This document shows positions 46,795-57,886 of a stretch of DNA of 64,000 nt, in pieces. The stretch's first letter is position 1, and the number at the start of each line of letters is the position of its first letter. The notes under the pieces are model-generated. The model worked only from the letters and a program-made list of their open reading frames with translations. It was not told the DNA's origin and searched no databases. The translations under genes were made by a program, and so were the position numbers. The stretch is from Nitrospirota bacterium (GTDB lineage: Bacteria > Nitrospirota > JACRHJ01), in the NCBI GenBank assembly GCA_021784575.1, contig JAJYHX010000004.1:68350-132349 (forward strand), given 5' to 3'.

Positions 46795-47313
46795 TTAATT
46801 TGCCCCGGTCAGGGTAATTACGTATTTGTCCGTAACAAACGAGGGCGTCTTGTGCCTCTGGAAGATAAATCCGTCGAATACCTTTTTGCCGCCCTTGGTA
46901 ACTATGGCCCTGACAGCCGGATCAACAGGCTCGACGCCCTTGGACGTGACGACGTTGCCCCGGAAAATCCACTGCGGCAGGTATGCCGTAACCTTTATGC
47001 GGTAAGGCGAATTCGGCACTTTCGCGCTGCCGCCTATCCTGACCGTGAACACCTTCGCCGCCTTGGTAATGCGGTTCCCTACGGCCATTTTTACGTCATG
47101 GTATTTCGCCTTTACGGCGTCGGGCACTATGATTTTCTGGCCCTTCGGGAGCGGTATCGGGTGCGGCGGAACGCTGCTTTCCCCGGCGAAGGTGGACAGC
47201 AGCATAGCCTTCTCCTGCTCAAGCTTCCGCTCGTTATTCTTTTTGCCGCACGAAGAAAAAACAACCGCCGCCGCCAGGAACGGCAACAGGTATTTTATCC
47301 GGCGCGCCGTCAC
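46795..47313 (-). CDS. Lipoprotein, DUF2155-like
   Basis: Lipobox FSSC; paralogous to neighbour (VPDAVKAK, V.IGG, DPAV, FDGFIF). Confidence 0.65.
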   Translation of the reverse strand: MTARRIKYLLPFLAAAVVFSSCGKKNNERKLEQEKAMLLSTFAGESSVPPHPIPLPKGQKIIVPDAVKAKYHDVKMAVGNRITKAAKVFTVRIGGSAKVPNSPYRIKVTAYLPQWIFRGNVVTSKGVEPVDPAVRAIVTKGGKKVFDGFIFQRHKTPSFVTDKYVITLTGAN

Positions 47314-47795
47314 TTTGGAATTCCTTCCCTTAGCGTAATCGCATACTTCGGGTGCATAAAGGCGTGCGTGGTCGGGAAGCGCGCGAACAGCCAGCCGTGG
47401 AACACCACGCTGCCGCCTTCCGAAACCTCCACCTGGGCCGCCGGATTATTCGGCTCGTTGGACAGGGAGGTAATCTTGGAGCCCTGCATTACGAACGCAG
47501 GAAAGAAATTTTTGACGAGGATGCTTAAGTCCGAACCGGGGATATTGAATTTCTTGCCTATATCCACCGTCTCGTCTTTTGTCTGCTTCGTGTCCTTGTT
47601 CTCCACGGACAGGACGACCGCCTTCCATTTTCCCTTTACGGCCTCAGGCACTTCCACCACCGGTTTGCCCATTGGCGGTATCGCCTGGGCGGCCTGAGGG
47701 TTCTGCTGTTGATTCTGAGAGTTCTTTTCGCCGCCGCAAGCGGTAAAAATCACGGCGGAAAGCAGCGCCATCGACAGAAAAACAATCTTTTTCAT
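47310..47795 (-). CDS. Lipoprotein, DUF2155-like
   Basis: Lipobox FTAC; SNEPNNPAA, FHGWLF..FP..H...HPKY. Confidence 0.7.
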   Translation of the reverse strand: MKKIVFLSMALLSAVIFTACGGEKNSQNQQQNPQAAQAIPPMGKPVVEVPEAVKGKWKAVVLSVENKDTKQTKDETVDIGKKFNIPGSDLSILVKNFFPAFVMQGSKITSLSNEPNNPAAQVEVSEGGSVVFHGWLFARFPTTHAFMHPKYAITLREGIPK

Positions 47796-47863
47796 CCCGT
47801 TACCCTCCCCGAAAATCAAAATAAACGGTATTAAGGATAATACCGAATTAAACGAAAATCAAG

Positions 47864-47894
47864 AAAAAAAGGCGCCCTGAAAAGTGCGCCTTTC
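47864..47894 (-). terminator. Probable intrinsic terminator
   Basis: AAAGGCGC...GCGCCTTT hairpin with A-tract on the left. Confidence 0.6.
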
Positions 47895-47919
47895 TGTTAA
47901 AACCATTAAGTCGTAAGCC

Positions 47920-48249
47920 TTATTTTACCTTCTTGTATTGGTAGTTCTCGCCCATAAACGAGACGGAGAGGATGCCGGTGCCCGGGTCAAGCTTCACCGT
48001 TACGACAATCGGCCCCATGGGAACGAGCAGGGTGTTCGCGTCTTTCTTTTGTGCGGCAGTCTTGCCCTGGCTGCCTTCATAGAAATACTGGCCGCCTTCC
48101 TTCGTTATTTTTATTGTCTTGGAAGGCTCCGAGACCATACCCCAGGTGCCGACCAGCGGGTCGCTCGACTTGGCGCAGGCAAACATTGCCAGCGCGCTGA
48201 GAAGCGCCGCAGCCAACACTATCCCTTTTATCCCGCTTGCTCTTTTCAT
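47920..48249 (-). CDS. Small hypothetical lipoprotein
   Basis: Lipobox MFAC, LVGTW motif; own promoter TTGACA-17-TAAAAT at 48306-48334. Confidence 0.7.
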   Translation of the reverse strand: MKRASGIKGIVLAAALLSALAMFACAKSSDPLVGTWGMVSEPSKTIKITKEGGQYFYEGSQGKTAAQKKDANTLLVPMGPIVVTVKLDPGTGILSVSFMGENYQYKKVK

Positions 48250-48415
48250 CTCCCCTCCAGCTCCCCTTGTTGTATTAAGGCACAAGCCCACTATAAAGAC
48301 AGCGGATTTTAATATATCCTTGCCCGGTTGTCAATAAGAAATAATTATATCCAAAAAAATATATAAACGCCTTAAAATCGCTTTAAAATCAGTTGGATGG
48401 CTTAAGGCGCCGCTT

Positions 48416-50143
48416 CTACTCCGAACATACGCCGCATGTCCTGCATTTCCCGACATTGCAGCCCGGGGTATACCTGGCCTTTCTTGCGCGGTCTCTTTCC
48501 TTTAGCAGGTAATCTTTTTTTATCCCGGTATCCAGGTAATCCCACGGGAATTTCTCATCCGCGTCCCTTTCCCTCGACGCATAAAAATCCATCGAAAGTC
48601 CTTCTTTCGCAAACGCGTCCTTCCAGTCTCCGCCGTTTTCCGACACGCGAAGAATGACTTTCGCAAGACGCCTGTCTCCCCTGGCAAGCGCGGCCTGGAT
48701 AAAGGCATACTTCGGGACGTCGCGCGTCACGGAAATATTTGGCCCATTGAGCGATTTTCCTATATGCCGGATTTTCGCCAGAAGCCGGTCTGACGGCTCC
48801 ACAGGCTCCCACTGAAACGGCGTCCAGGGCTTCGGGATGAAACAGTTCACGCTTAATGCAAGGGTTCCGATGCGTCCCTTCCCTTTCGCGGACGAAAGCA
48901 TCGTTTCGCGCGCCTTCCCGGCCAGCGTTATAATCTCCTCGATGTCCTCGTCGGTCTCCGTGGGCAGGCCCACCATGAAATAGAGCTTGACGTTCAGGAC
49001 ACCCGCCTCAATAAGCGTTCTGACCGCCCGGAGCACCTGCTCCTCCGAAATATTTTTGTTTATCACGGCCCGCAGGCGTTCGGAACCCGCCTCCGGCGCA
49101 ATGGCGACGGTCCTGTTACCCCTGGAGACGAGGGCGGCAAGCTCCGGCGTCAGGGAATCCGCCCGTAGCGACGATGCGGAGAAGCCGACAGACCGGCCTC
49201 GGCCAGTCGACCGGCTTTTAACCCCAAGCTCATGAGCAAGCCCCGAGATAAAGGGCCAGTCCGACACTGCCGAGCCGACAAGCCCGATTTTTCCTGCAAG
49301 CCTGCCGCCCTCCTCTACATCTTTCATAACCGACTCAAGGCTTCGGTTCCTGGGCGGGCGGTAAACATATCCCGCCATGCAGAAACGGCAGTGCCGCCCG
49401 CAGCCGCGCGAAAGCTCCACCATGAACATGTCTGCAAACTCGGTATCAGGCGTGATTATGGCGCTTCTGGCGGGGAATTTGTCCAGGTCTTTTACGTATC
49501 GCCTTGCAATGGTCTTCGGCGCGCCGGGCGCGGGGGTGAAATATCTTATCGTGCCGTCGGGATTGTATGCGGGCGTATAAAGCGAAGGTATGTAAATGCC
49601 GGGGATTTTCGATAACGCAAACAGGAACTCCTTTCGGCTTGCGGAATTTTTTAATCTCCCGTATTCGTCGAGGAACTCGTTTATCGATTCCTCGGCCTCG
49701 CCGACGATTACCGCGTCGAAGAAATCGGCGACAGGCTCAGGATTGAAGAACGTGCACACTCCGCCGAGAACAAGGAGCGGATGGGATTCGTCCCTGTCCC
49801 TGGAAAAAGGAGGTATTCCGGAGAGCCGAAGGAAATCCGCAACTGCCGTATAGTCGTGCTCGAACGAGACCGAGAACGCAAGTATCTCGAAATCGCGCGG
49901 TCTTGCCCCTGTCTCTACGGATGCCGGAAGACCGGCTTCGACCCGCCGGTTCCTTTTATCCGGCAGGAACAGCCTCTCAGCCAGGGCGTCCGCGCGCGCG
50001 TTTATAACACGGTATATCGTCTGGTATCCGAGCGAGGACATGCCCACGTAATACGTCCCCGGAAATACCAGGCCTACAGTCGTCCTTCCTCCCCTGGGTT
50101 TAACTATCGCGCCTTTTTCGCGGATACTGCTTTTCCTGCGCAA
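48416..50143 (-). CDS. B12-binding-domain radical SAM protein (TIGR03960-like)
   Basis: YYVGMSSLG, RGCGRHCRFC, APEAGSERLR, YFMVGLP, PKPWTPFQW. Confidence 0.88.
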   Translation of the reverse strand: MRRKSSIREKGAIVKPRGGRTTVGLVFPGTYYVGMSSLGYQTIYRVINARADALAERLFLPDKRNRRVEAGLPASVETGARPRDFEILAFSVSFEHDYTAVADFLRLSGIPPFSRDRDESHPLLVLGGVCTFFNPEPVADFFDAVIVGEAEESINEFLDEYGRLKNSASRKEFLFALSKIPGIYIPSLYTPAYNPDGTIRYFTPAPGAPKTIARRYVKDLDKFPARSAIITPDTEFADMFMVELSRGCGRHCRFCMAGYVYRPPRNRSLESVMKDVEEGGRLAGKIGLVGSAVSDWPFISGLAHELGVKSRSTGRGRSVGFSASSLRADSLTPELAALVSRGNRTVAIAPEAGSERLRAVINKNISEEQVLRAVRTLIEAGVLNVKLYFMVGLPTETDEDIEEIITLAGKARETMLSSAKGKGRIGTLALSVNCFIPKPWTPFQWEPVEPSDRLLAKIRHIGKSLNGPNISVTRDVPKYAFIQAALARGDRRLAKVILRVSENGGDWKDAFAKEGLSMDFYASRERDADEKFPWDYLDTGIKKDYLLKERDRARKARYTPGCNVGKCRTCGVCSE

Positions 50144-50149
50144 ATTAAA

Positions 50150-51394
50150 TCAGTCCGCCTGTCTCCGGAGAAATGTCGGCACGTCCAGTTCGTCCTCATC
50201 GTCTATCCCAAGGGCTTCGTTTCTGAAGTCAAGCCCGGCGACCTTCCTGAGATATGCCGGCTTGTCGATGGTCTTGTCGACAAACGCCTTCACGTTGGAG
50301 GCCTTGCCGAGTATCTTCTCCTCGCCGATGGACATCTCCGTTATGTCCGCATTCAGGGAAGAAACCCTCGGCTCGCGTCCGATGCTTGCCGCCTTCGGTA
50401 TTGCCTTCTCGTCCAGGCGCACCGCCTGGGATACGGCGCTGTCCTCGAACCCCGTGGCGATTACCGTGACGCATACCTCGTCCGCCATGTCCTCGTTGAT
50501 TACGGATCCGAAGATGATATTGGCTTCGGGGTCGGAGGCTTCCTGGATTATCGTCGACGCCTCTATAACCTCGGTCATCGTGAGGTCGGGGCCGCCGGTT
50601 ATGTTGATAAGCACGCCCCTTGCGCCGTCGATTGTCCCTTCTTCGAGGAGCGGAGAGGATATGGCCTTCTGCGCGGCCTCGACCGCGCGGTTATCGCCCT
50701 GCGCCACGCCCGTTCCCATTACTGCGCGCCCCATGGAGGACATCACGGTCTTGACGTCGGCGAAGTCGAGGTTGATATATCCGTTCATCATAATGACGTC
50801 GGATATGCCCTGCACCGCCTGGCGTAGCACGTCATCGACGATGGAGAACGCCTGCTTGAACGGAGTGCGCTTGTCTATGACGCCGAGCAGCCTCTGGTTC
50901 GGAATCGTGATGATGGTGTCCACGCACTTCTTGAGCTCGTCCAGTCCGGTCTCGGCCTGCCGCATCCTCTGTCTGCCCTCGAAGATAAAGGGTTTCGTAA
51001 CTACGGCGACCGTCAGCGCCCCCATCTCTCGCGCGACCTGCGCGATTACCGGGGCCGCGCCCGTCCCGGTGCCGCCTCCCATGCCGCATGTGACGAAGAC
51101 CATGTCCGAGCCGGAAAGGGCCTCCCGGATATTATCGACATCCTCCTGCGCCGCGTGTCTGCCCACCGTCGGGTTTGCGCCGGCGCCCAGGCCGCGTGTA
51201 AGCTGCGCTCCGAGCTGGATCTTGTGCGACGCGCAGGATTTCTCGAGCGCCTGCACGTCCGTGTTGGCGGTTATGAATTCCACGCCTGCAAGACCCGCCG
51301 CAATCATCGTATTGACGGCGTTCCCGCCGCCTCCGCCTACGCCGATTACCCTGATGTTCGCCCCCCTTCTCGCTTCCTCTTCAAATTCGAACAT
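50150..51394 (-). CDS. ftsZ: Cell division protein FtsZ
   Basis: [33 protein letters not shown]. Confidence 0.98.
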   Translation of the reverse strand: MFEFEEEARRGANIRVIGVGGGGGNAVNTMIAAGLAGVEFITANTDVQALEKSCASHKIQLGAQLTRGLGAGANPTVGRHAAQEDVDNIREALSGSDMVFVTCGMGGGTGTGAAPVIAQVAREMGALTVAVVTKPFIFEGRQRMRQAETGLDELKKCVDTIITIPNQRLLGVIDKRTPFKQAFSIVDDVLRQAVQGISDVIMMNGYINLDFADVKTVMSSMGRAVMGTGVAQGDNRAVEAAQKAISSPLLEEGTIDGARGVLINITGGPDLTMTEVIEASTIIQEASDPEANIIFGSVINEDMADEVCVTVIATGFEDSAVSQAVRLDEKAIPKAASIGREPRVSSLNADITEMSIGEEKILGKASNVKAFVDKTIDKPAYLRKVAGLDFRNEALGIDDEDELDVPTFLRRQAD

Positions 51395-51445
51395 CAAAAG
51401 ACCTCCTTTCTGGTTAACCTGCTGTTATTCCATAGGTCCGTTTCT

Positions 51446-52678
51446 TTAGAAAAAGTTCTCCACCCATTCCCGCATCCTGCCTATAACCTTCGCAAAGAGA
51501 TTGCCGTCCGAAATCCTCTTAACCTTCCCGGCGCCCGCCTGCTGCGCCCCGAAGAGGACGAGGCCGACGCCCGTGGCGTACATGGGAGAATTCACGACAT
51601 CGACAAGGCCGCCGATGCCCATGGGAAGCCCGCGCCGGGCGGGCATTTCCATCACGCGCTCCGCAGCCTCCGGGATGCCTTCCATTACCGCGGTCCCGCC
51701 GGTTATGACGACGCCGGACGCTATGCGTTCCTCAAAGCCCGTCTTCCGGAACTCCTTGAGGACAAGCCCGAAAATCTCCTCGACCCGCGGCTCCGTTATC
51801 TCGGAGAGGACCTGGCGCGAAAGCACCCTCGGCGGCCTTCCGCCGACACTCGCAACCTCTATAGTCTCGTCGTCCCTTACCATGTTCGTAAGCGCGCAGC
51901 CGTAACGCTTCTTTATCTTTTCCGCTTCCGCCGCCGGAGTCCTGAGTCCCACGGCTATGTCGTTCGTGAGGTGGTTCCCGCCTATTGCTATAACCGCCGT
52001 ATGCCAGATGCCGCCCTCGATGAAGATGGCGAGATCGGTAGTCCCGCCGCCGACATCAACCACCGCCACGCCGAGTTCCTTCTCGTCGCTTGAGAGAACC
52101 GCATAGCTCGAAGCGAGAGGCTCCAGGACTATGTCCAGGACGTCGAGACCCGCGCGGTTGCAGCTCTTGATGATATTCTGCGCGGAGGTGACGGCGCCGG
52201 TAACAACGTGCACCTCGGCCTCGAGCCGGACTCCGCTCATGCCGAGCGGCTCCTTTATCCCGTCCTGGTCGTCTATAGAGAACTCCTGCGGGAGGACGTG
52301 CAGTATCTCCCTGTCCATCGGTATCGCCACGGCCTTGGCCGCTTCGATTACCCGGTCAACGTCCGCCTTGGAAATCTCGCGGTCTTTTATCGCTATTACG
52401 CCTCGGCTGTTGAAACTCTTTATATGGCTTCCGGCGATACCGGTAAAGACGGCGTTTATCTCGACGCCCGCCATCAGCTCGGCCTCTTCGACGGCCTTTT
52501 TTATGGACTCGACGGTGCTCTCGATATTGACGACGACTCCCTTCCGGAGACCGTGCGATGGGTGGCTTCCGATGCCGACAATGTCAATCCTGCCGTCCTC
52601 CTTGACCTCGCCGACAATCGCGCATATCTTCGTCGTCCCTATATCGAGTCCGACGACTATGTTATCCTTTCTCGCCAA
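51446..52678 (-). CDS. ftsA: Cell division protein FtsA
   Basis: GLDIGTTK, DVGGGTT; TTG start after GGAGGAGG. Confidence 0.97.
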   Translation of the reverse strand: MARKDNIVVGLDIGTTKICAIVGEVKEDGRIDIVGIGSHPSHGLRKGVVVNIESTVESIKKAVEEAELMAGVEINAVFTGIAGSHIKSFNSRGVIAIKDREISKADVDRVIEAAKAVAIPMDREILHVLPQEFSIDDQDGIKEPLGMSGVRLEAEVHVVTGAVTSAQNIIKSCNRAGLDVLDIVLEPLASSYAVLSSDEKELGVAVVDVGGGTTDLAIFIEGGIWHTAVIAIGGNHLTNDIAVGLRTPAAEAEKIKKRYGCALTNMVRDDETIEVASVGGRPPRVLSRQVLSEITEPRVEEIFGLVLKEFRKTGFEERIASGVVITGGTAVMEGIPEAAERVMEMPARRGLPMGIGGLVDVVNSPMYATGVGLVLFGAQQAGAGKVKRISDGNLFAKVIGRMREWVENFF

Positions 52679-52694
52679 TCCCCACCTCCTCCCT

Positions 52695-53570
52695 TCAAAA
52701 CGACTGCGCGTCAAGGACCGGCCCGCCGTGGGCAGCCGATACGCCGGATGCCGGTCTGCCGGATGCCGGTCTGCCTGAAACCGGTCTGCCGGCCACAACC
52801 ACCTTGCCGGGGAACCTGAGGTCGATTAATCCGGGTTTCAGGCCGCGCCTTGCGATGTCCGATTCGACATCCATCAGCCGCCTTATTTTTTGCCGGTATC
52901 CGCCGCTGCCGACAAGCACGCGCGCGCCGCCGAACAACAGGCGCGGATTATTGTCTTTCCCGATTTCGACCTCCGCCGACGACAGAGGGCCCTTGCTCTC
53001 GCGCGTTATCCCGAGAAGGCGAAGAGCCTTTCCAAGGCAACCCGCGGTCTTCATGTCGAGTATCCCGAGGCCCCGCGACGAAGGGTATTCTATGACCGGC
53101 AGAAATTCCCATCCCGGCTGCGTTACCTTTGCAAGCGCGAAACCTTCAGAATCGACCAGGTATTTTGCGGATGCGGTCTTAACTACAGCCGCCGGTGTCC
53201 GCTCCGTAAGCTCGAAGCGCACCTCGCCGGGAAAGTCTCTTCTCACAATACCCGACTTTATCCACGGATGGCCTTCAATCCTCTTCATGGCGCCCTTCAT
53301 GTCATAAGACAGGATGCTGCCGCCCCTCGGATCGCCGACAAACCTGATGAAATCTTCCTTGCGCACGTATTTCAGGCCTTCCACCCGCACCTGCCTGATT
53401 TTAAACGCAGGGATGCGGCAGACATATCTTTTGGCTGCGCGCGCGGCTATCGGCGCAAGGAACGCAAGCCCGATAACGGCGAGAAGAGCGGCCCCCATGA
53501 GTGCTATTTTTCTGCCCGCCTTTTTCCGCCATTTGGACTTCATCTGATTCTTCCGGCCATCGACTCTCAT
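52695..53570 (-). CDS. ftsQ: Cell division protein FtsQ/DivIB
   Basis: TM plus POTRA, RRDFP, IDLRF; position between ddl and ftsA. Confidence 0.88.
   Translation of the reverse strand: MRVDGRKNQMKSKWRKKAGRKIALMGAALLAVIGLAFLAPIAARAAKRYVCRIPAFKIRQVRVEGLKYVRKEDFIRFVGDPRGGSILSYDMKGAMKRIEGHPWIKSGIVRRDFPGEVRFELTERTPAAVVKTASAKYLVDSEGFALAKVTQPGWEFLPVIEYPSSRGLGILDMKTAGCLGKALRLLGITRESKGPLSSAEVEIGKDNNPRLLFGGARVLVGSGGYRQKIRRLMDVESDIARRGLKPGLIDLRFPGKVVVAGRPVSGRPASGRPASGVSAAHGGPVLDAQSF
52743..52793. repeat. 15-bp tandem repeats in the ftsQ tail (GRPAS-like x3)
   Basis: GCCGGATGCCGGTCT units. Confidence 0.75.
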
Positions 53571-54493
53571 CCGCGCCTCAACGCCCCCTCAAGCATCCGC
53601 TCGATCAGTCCCGTGAAACTCAAACCCGCCGCCGCCGCCGCCTTCGGAAGCAGGCTCGTGGATGTCATGCCGGGCAGCGTGTTCATCTCCAGGACGTACG
53701 GGTTTTCGTCGTTATCCACGCGGAAGTCCACCCGCGCGTATCCATATCCGTGCAGGACATCGAACACCTCGAGCGCCGTCGCCTTTATCCGCTTCTCAAG
53801 CTGCGGGGAAAGTTTCGCCGGGCAGATGTATTCCGTGTCGTGCTTGAGGTATTTCGCGTCGTAGTCGTATACGCCGCTCTTAGGGACTATTTCCACAAGC
53901 GGCAGGGATTCGCCGTTCAGTATCCCGGCTGTAATCTCGCGCCCCTCGATATATCTCTCAACGACGGCCTCCCTGTCGTGCGAGAACGCAAGCTTCAGCG
54001 CGGAAGGCATTTCGCCCTTCTCGCGCACGAAGCTCATACCTATGGTCGAGCCCTGGGTCGGGGGCTTCACCACCGCGGGCAGGCCGAAGCCTTCGGCAGC
54101 GGACATGCCGGAGGAAGAATTCTTCACGATAACAAATTCCGCCGTGGGGATATTGTGGTATTTCAGGATTTTTTTCGTTATCGCCTTGTCCATCGCGATG
54201 GCGGAGCCGGTAACGCCTGTGCCGGTATAAGGCAGCCCCATTGTTTCAAGCAGACCCTGGATTGTCCCGTCCTCGCCGAATTTGCCGTGCAGCGCGAGGA
54301 AAACGATGCCGGGCATTGTCTCGGCAATATCTTTCACAAGCGATGGCCCGTCGTATATGATGGAGGAGGCATCATATCCTGCGCCCTTGAGCGCCTCCAG
54401 AACCGCCGCCCCGGACGAGAAAGATACGTCCCTCTCCGCCGAGAGGCCGCCCATCAAAACTGCAATCTTCTTGTCGCTCAAAATATCCAGCAC
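53567..54493 (-). CDS. ddl: D-alanine--D-alanine ligase
   Basis: GGLSAERDVS, LHGKFGEDG, YDYDAKY, EMNTLPG. Confidence 0.97.
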   Translation of the reverse strand: MLDILSDKKIAVLMGGLSAERDVSFSSGAAVLEALKGAGYDASSIIYDGPSLVKDIAETMPGIVFLALHGKFGEDGTIQGLLETMGLPYTGTGVTGSAIAMDKAITKKILKYHNIPTAEFVIVKNSSSGMSAAEGFGLPAVVKPPTQGSTIGMSFVREKGEMPSALKLAFSHDREAVVERYIEGREITAGILNGESLPLVEIVPKSGVYDYDAKYLKHDTEYICPAKLSPQLEKRIKATALEVFDVLHGYGYARVDFRVDNDENPYVLEMNTLPGMTSTSLLPKAAAAAGLSFTGLIERMLEGALRRG

Positions 54494-54496
54494 GGT

Positions 54497-55411
54497 TTAA
54501 TCCCTTCCCGCTATTTTTACTTCCGGTTCCAGTTCGATCCCGGTTTTTTCTTTAACCTTCTGCTTCACAAGTTCCATCAAGTCCATAAAATCCCTTGCCG
54601 TCGCGCCGGAGGCGTTAATCAGGAAGTTCGCGTGTTTTTCACTGACCGCCGCCCCTCCGACGGATAATCCCTTGAGTCCCGCGCCTTCTATAAGCTTCCA
54701 GGCCTTCTCGCCCGGGGGGTTCTTGAATGTTGAGCCTGCGCTCTTTGCGGTGAGCGGCTGGGAGGCCCTTCTCTTTTTTATAAATTCCGACGCGCGCGCC
54801 TTTATTGTCTCAGGGTCTCCGGGCGAAAGCCTGAACCAGGCTTCGGCCACGGCGGAGTTTTCCGGTATGCCGCCGTGCCTGTATTTTCTTTGTGTCCCGC
54901 CGGCGGTCAACTCTGACGTTTTGCCGTCTTCTTTTATAAGCAGGATTTTATATAAAATGTCGCTTATATCATGACCGTACGCCCCCGCGTTCATGTATAC
55001 CGCGCCGCCGACGGTCCCCGGAATGCCGGCGGCGAACTCCAGGCCGGAGAGGCCTTCGTCCGCGCAAAAATTCGCAAGCTTCGGGAGCGGCGTCCCCGCG
55101 CCTGAGCGGATGGCGGGGCTTCCGCCCTCGACGTTCTCTTTTATAATCCAGTCCAGCTTCGCAAGGTTTATCACAAGCCCTTCTATTCCGCCGTCTTTCA
55201 CGAGCAGGTTCGTCCCGTTTCCCAGGATGAACACCGGCACATCCGCTTTGTAAGCCGCCTCGAAAAGCATTGCCATCTGTCCCGCATCTTCCGGAAACGC
55301 CATCGCGTCAGCCGGGCCGCCAATCCCAAGCGAGGTATGCATGGACATCGGCTCCGAGAGCCTAACCTCGCCGGCGAATTTCAGCCTGCCGGTAAGTTCA
55401 ACCGCATTCAT
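54497..55411 (-). CDS. murB: UDP-N-acetylenolpyruvoylglucosamine reductase
   Basis: [36 protein letters not shown]. Confidence 0.97.
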   Translation of the reverse strand: MNAVELTGRLKFAGEVRLSEPMSMHTSLGIGGPADAMAFPEDAGQMAMLFEAAYKADVPVFILGNGTNLLVKDGGIEGLVINLAKLDWIIKENVEGGSPAIRSGAGTPLPKLANFCADEGLSGLEFAAGIPGTVGGAVYMNAGAYGHDISDILYKILLIKEDGKTSELTAGGTQRKYRHGGIPENSAVAEAWFRLSPGDPETIKARASEFIKKRRASQPLTAKSAGSTFKNPPGEKAWKLIEGAGLKGLSVGGAAVSEKHANFLINASGATARDFMDLMELVKQKVKEKTGIELEPEVKIAGRD

Positions 55412-56784
55412 AAACCGTTCAGCTTCTCGAGAAACAGTTCTCCAACCTTCCAGACATCGCCCGCGCCGAGCGTTATTACGAGGTCGCCGGACTTTGTCAC
55501 ATTCTTCAGCCAGTCCACGGCATTTTCCTGCGTCCCGATGAAAGACGCGTCCTTGTGCCCCTGGCCCTTTATGCCGTCATACAAATTCTTTGCGCTGATG
55601 CCGTCTATGGGCTTTTCCCCCGCCGGGTATATGTCCATCACCGCAAGCTTGTCGGCCTGGCCAAACGCGGTGAAGAACTCCTTCATGAGATCGCGCGTCC
55701 TGGTGTAGCGATGCGGCTGGAACACCACAACCGTCCGCCTGTCCCACCCGGCCTTCGCTCCGGCAAGGGTGGCCTTTATTTCGGTCGGGTGGTGTCCGTA
55801 GTCGTCAACCACCGTTATGCCGCGGGCTTCGCCCTTTATGTAGAACCGCCTGTGCAGTCCGCCGAATTCGGCAAGGGCGCCGCGTATTACCTCAAGCGGT
55901 ATGTCGAGCTCCAGCGCCACGGATATTGCGGCGAGGGAATTGTATACGCTGTGCTGGCCTGGGACGGCGAGCTTAAACATGCCCAGGCTCTCGCTCTTTT
56001 TAAATACCTCGAATTCCGAACCCATGCCGCCGAACCTGATGTCTTTCGCAAAAATATCGGCCTGAGGGCTCAAGCCGTATGTGACGTATCTCTTCTTCAC
56101 GTGCGGGATAAGCTCCCGCACATGTTCCACGTCCAGGCAGAGCACGGCCAGGCCGTAAAATGGAATTTTATTTATGAATTGCAGGAAGGCGTCTTTTATC
56201 TCCTCTATGCCTTTCGTGTAGTGGTCGAGATGTTCCTCGTCGATATTCGTCACGACGGCGATAGTCGGGGAAAGCATAAGGAAGCTTCCGTCCGATTCGT
56301 CGGCCTCAGCCACGAGGAACTCCCCCTGCCCCAGTTTCGCGCCCGCACCGAATATATTCAGTTTCCCGCCGATTACCACGGTCGGGTCTATCCCGCCTTT
56401 TGCGAGTATCGTGGACACCATCGACGTCGTGGTGGTTTTCCCGTGCGCTCCCGCGACGGCAATCCCGTACTTAAGGCGCATCAGCTCCGCGAGCATCTCC
56501 GCGCGCGGTATTACGGGTATCTGCCGTTCTCTCGCCGCCGCAACCTCGGTGTTGTCCTCCTTGACGGCGGAAGATATGACGACCACGTCCGCCCCCTCGA
56601 CGTTCGCGGCCTTGTGTCCTATGAATATCTCCGCGCCGACGGATTCAAGCCTTTTGGTCGTATCGCTTTCCCTGAGGTCGGAGCCGCCAATCTTGTACCC
56701 AAGATTTATCAGGACTTCGGCTATGCCGCTCATGCCGACGCCGCCGATGCCTACGAAGTGTATCCTGCGATACTTCTTATACAT
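55408..56784 (-). CDS. murC: UDP-N-acetylmuramate--L-alanine ligase
   Basis: [29 protein letters not shown]. Confidence 0.97.
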   Translation of the reverse strand: MYKKYRRIHFVGIGGVGMSGIAEVLINLGYKIGGSDLRESDTTKRLESVGAEIFIGHKAANVEGADVVVISSAVKEDNTEVAAARERQIPVIPRAEMLAELMRLKYGIAVAGAHGKTTTTSMVSTILAKGGIDPTVVIGGKLNIFGAGAKLGQGEFLVAEADESDGSFLMLSPTIAVVTNIDEEHLDHYTKGIEEIKDAFLQFINKIPFYGLAVLCLDVEHVRELIPHVKKRYVTYGLSPQADIFAKDIRFGGMGSEFEVFKKSESLGMFKLAVPGQHSVYNSLAAISVALELDIPLEVIRGALAEFGGLHRRFYIKGEARGITVVDDYGHHPTEIKATLAGAKAGWDRRTVVVFQPHRYTRTRDLMKEFFTAFGQADKLAVMDIYPAGEKPIDGISAKNLYDGIKGQGHKDASFIGTQENAVDWLKNVTKSGDLVITLGAGDVWKVGELFLEKLNGL

Positions 56785-56794
56785 TAATACTCCT

Positions 56795-57886
56795 TTATGC
56801 GGCAGCCAATTTCCTGCATATCTCCAACACCCGCACCGCGGCATCCGGCCTTCCGAGCGCCCTTGAGCGCTCCTGCATCCGGGGAATGGTTCCCGCATCC
56901 GAAAGCAGGCTTCTTATTTCATCCGCCAGCCTTTCGCCCGTCGCCTCACGGTCGAGCACGACCCTTGCCGCCCCCACGGTCTCCATCTCTCTCGCGTTTT
57001 TCTCCTGGTGGTTATCCGCGGCGAACGGGTAGGGGATAAGCACGGCAGGCTTGCCAAGCGCCGTAACCTCCGCGATGGTGAGCGCGCCGGAGCGGCAGAC
57101 TACAATGTCCGCGCATGCGTATGCCGACGCCATGTCGTATATATACGGCATCACACGGCAGACAAACCCGGCCCCGCCGTACGCGGCGGCGGTTTCCTCG
57201 TAATCTCTCTGCCCGGTCTGATGAATAAACTGGAGCTTGTCTTTCATGCCGGAAAGCCCCTGAAGCGCGCCTGCGACGGCCCTGTTTATCCGCGACGCCC
57301 CGCCGCTCCCGCCTGTCACAAGCACCGTGGTTTTATTCCCATGAAGCCCCATCGACATCAGGGCGTCTTCTTTTTTCACGTCGAGCAGTCCGCGCCTGAT
57401 CGGGTTGCCGGTCAGGACGCATTTCCCGGCCGGAAAGAATGTTTCCCCGGCCTGGAAACCGAGACATACCCTGTCGGCTATTTTCCCCAGCCATTTGTTT
57501 GCAAGGCCGGGGGCCGCGTTCTGCTCCTGGAGGATTACGGGCTTGCCCATCAGTCTGGCCGCAAGCACCGCCGGGAACGAGGCGTAACCTCCGACACCCA
57601 GGACGGCGTTCGGCTTGAATTCGCGGATAACTCCAGCCGCCTGGGCCGCGCCCGCCGGAACAGACAAAACAGTCTTTATCTTCTGTGAAGCGCCCATACC
57701 CTTGAACCTGCCAGCGTCTATCAGCTTCAGGTTAAAACCCTCCCTTGGAACAACCCTCGTTTCTATCCCCTGCGCCGTGCCGACGAACAAGACCTCGATG
57801 CCTTCCTTCACGGCCTCAGCCGCCACCGCAATCCCCGGATAGAGATGACCGCCCGTGCCGCCGCCGGCGATTAAAAGCCTCCTCAA
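56795..57886 (-). CDS. murG: MurG glycosyltransferase
   Basis: GGGTGGH, GGYAS, EQNAAPG, GNPIR, HQEKNA. Confidence 0.97.
   Translation of the reverse strand: MRRLLIAGGGTGGHLYPGIAVAAEAVKEGIEVLFVGTAQGIETRVVPREGFNLKLIDAGRFKGMGASQKIKTVLSVPAGAAQAAGVIREFKPNAVLGVGGYASFPAVLAARLMGKPVILQEQNAAPGLANKWLGKIADRVCLGFQAGETFFPAGKCVLTGNPIRRGLLDVKKEDALMSMGLHGNKTTVLVTGGSGGASRINRAVAGALQGLSGMKDKLQFIHQTGQRDYEETAAAYGGAGFVCRVMPYIYDMASAYACADIVVCRSGALTIAEVTALGKPAVLIPYPFAADNHQEKNAREMETVGAARVVLDREATGERLADEIRSLLSDAGTIPRMQERSRALGRPDAAVRVLEICRKLAAA

Noticed and set aside
52679..52798. Extended FtsA N-terminus (DRHPA repeats)
   Set aside because: Overlaps the ftsQ tail repeat; a strong RBS supports the TTG start at 52678.
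50262..56787. Long plus-strand ORFs opposite ftsZ, ftsA, ddl and murC (and 2433-3659 opposite the hydrogenase)
   Set aside because: Antisense shadow ORFs expected from high-GC codon usage; no motifs.
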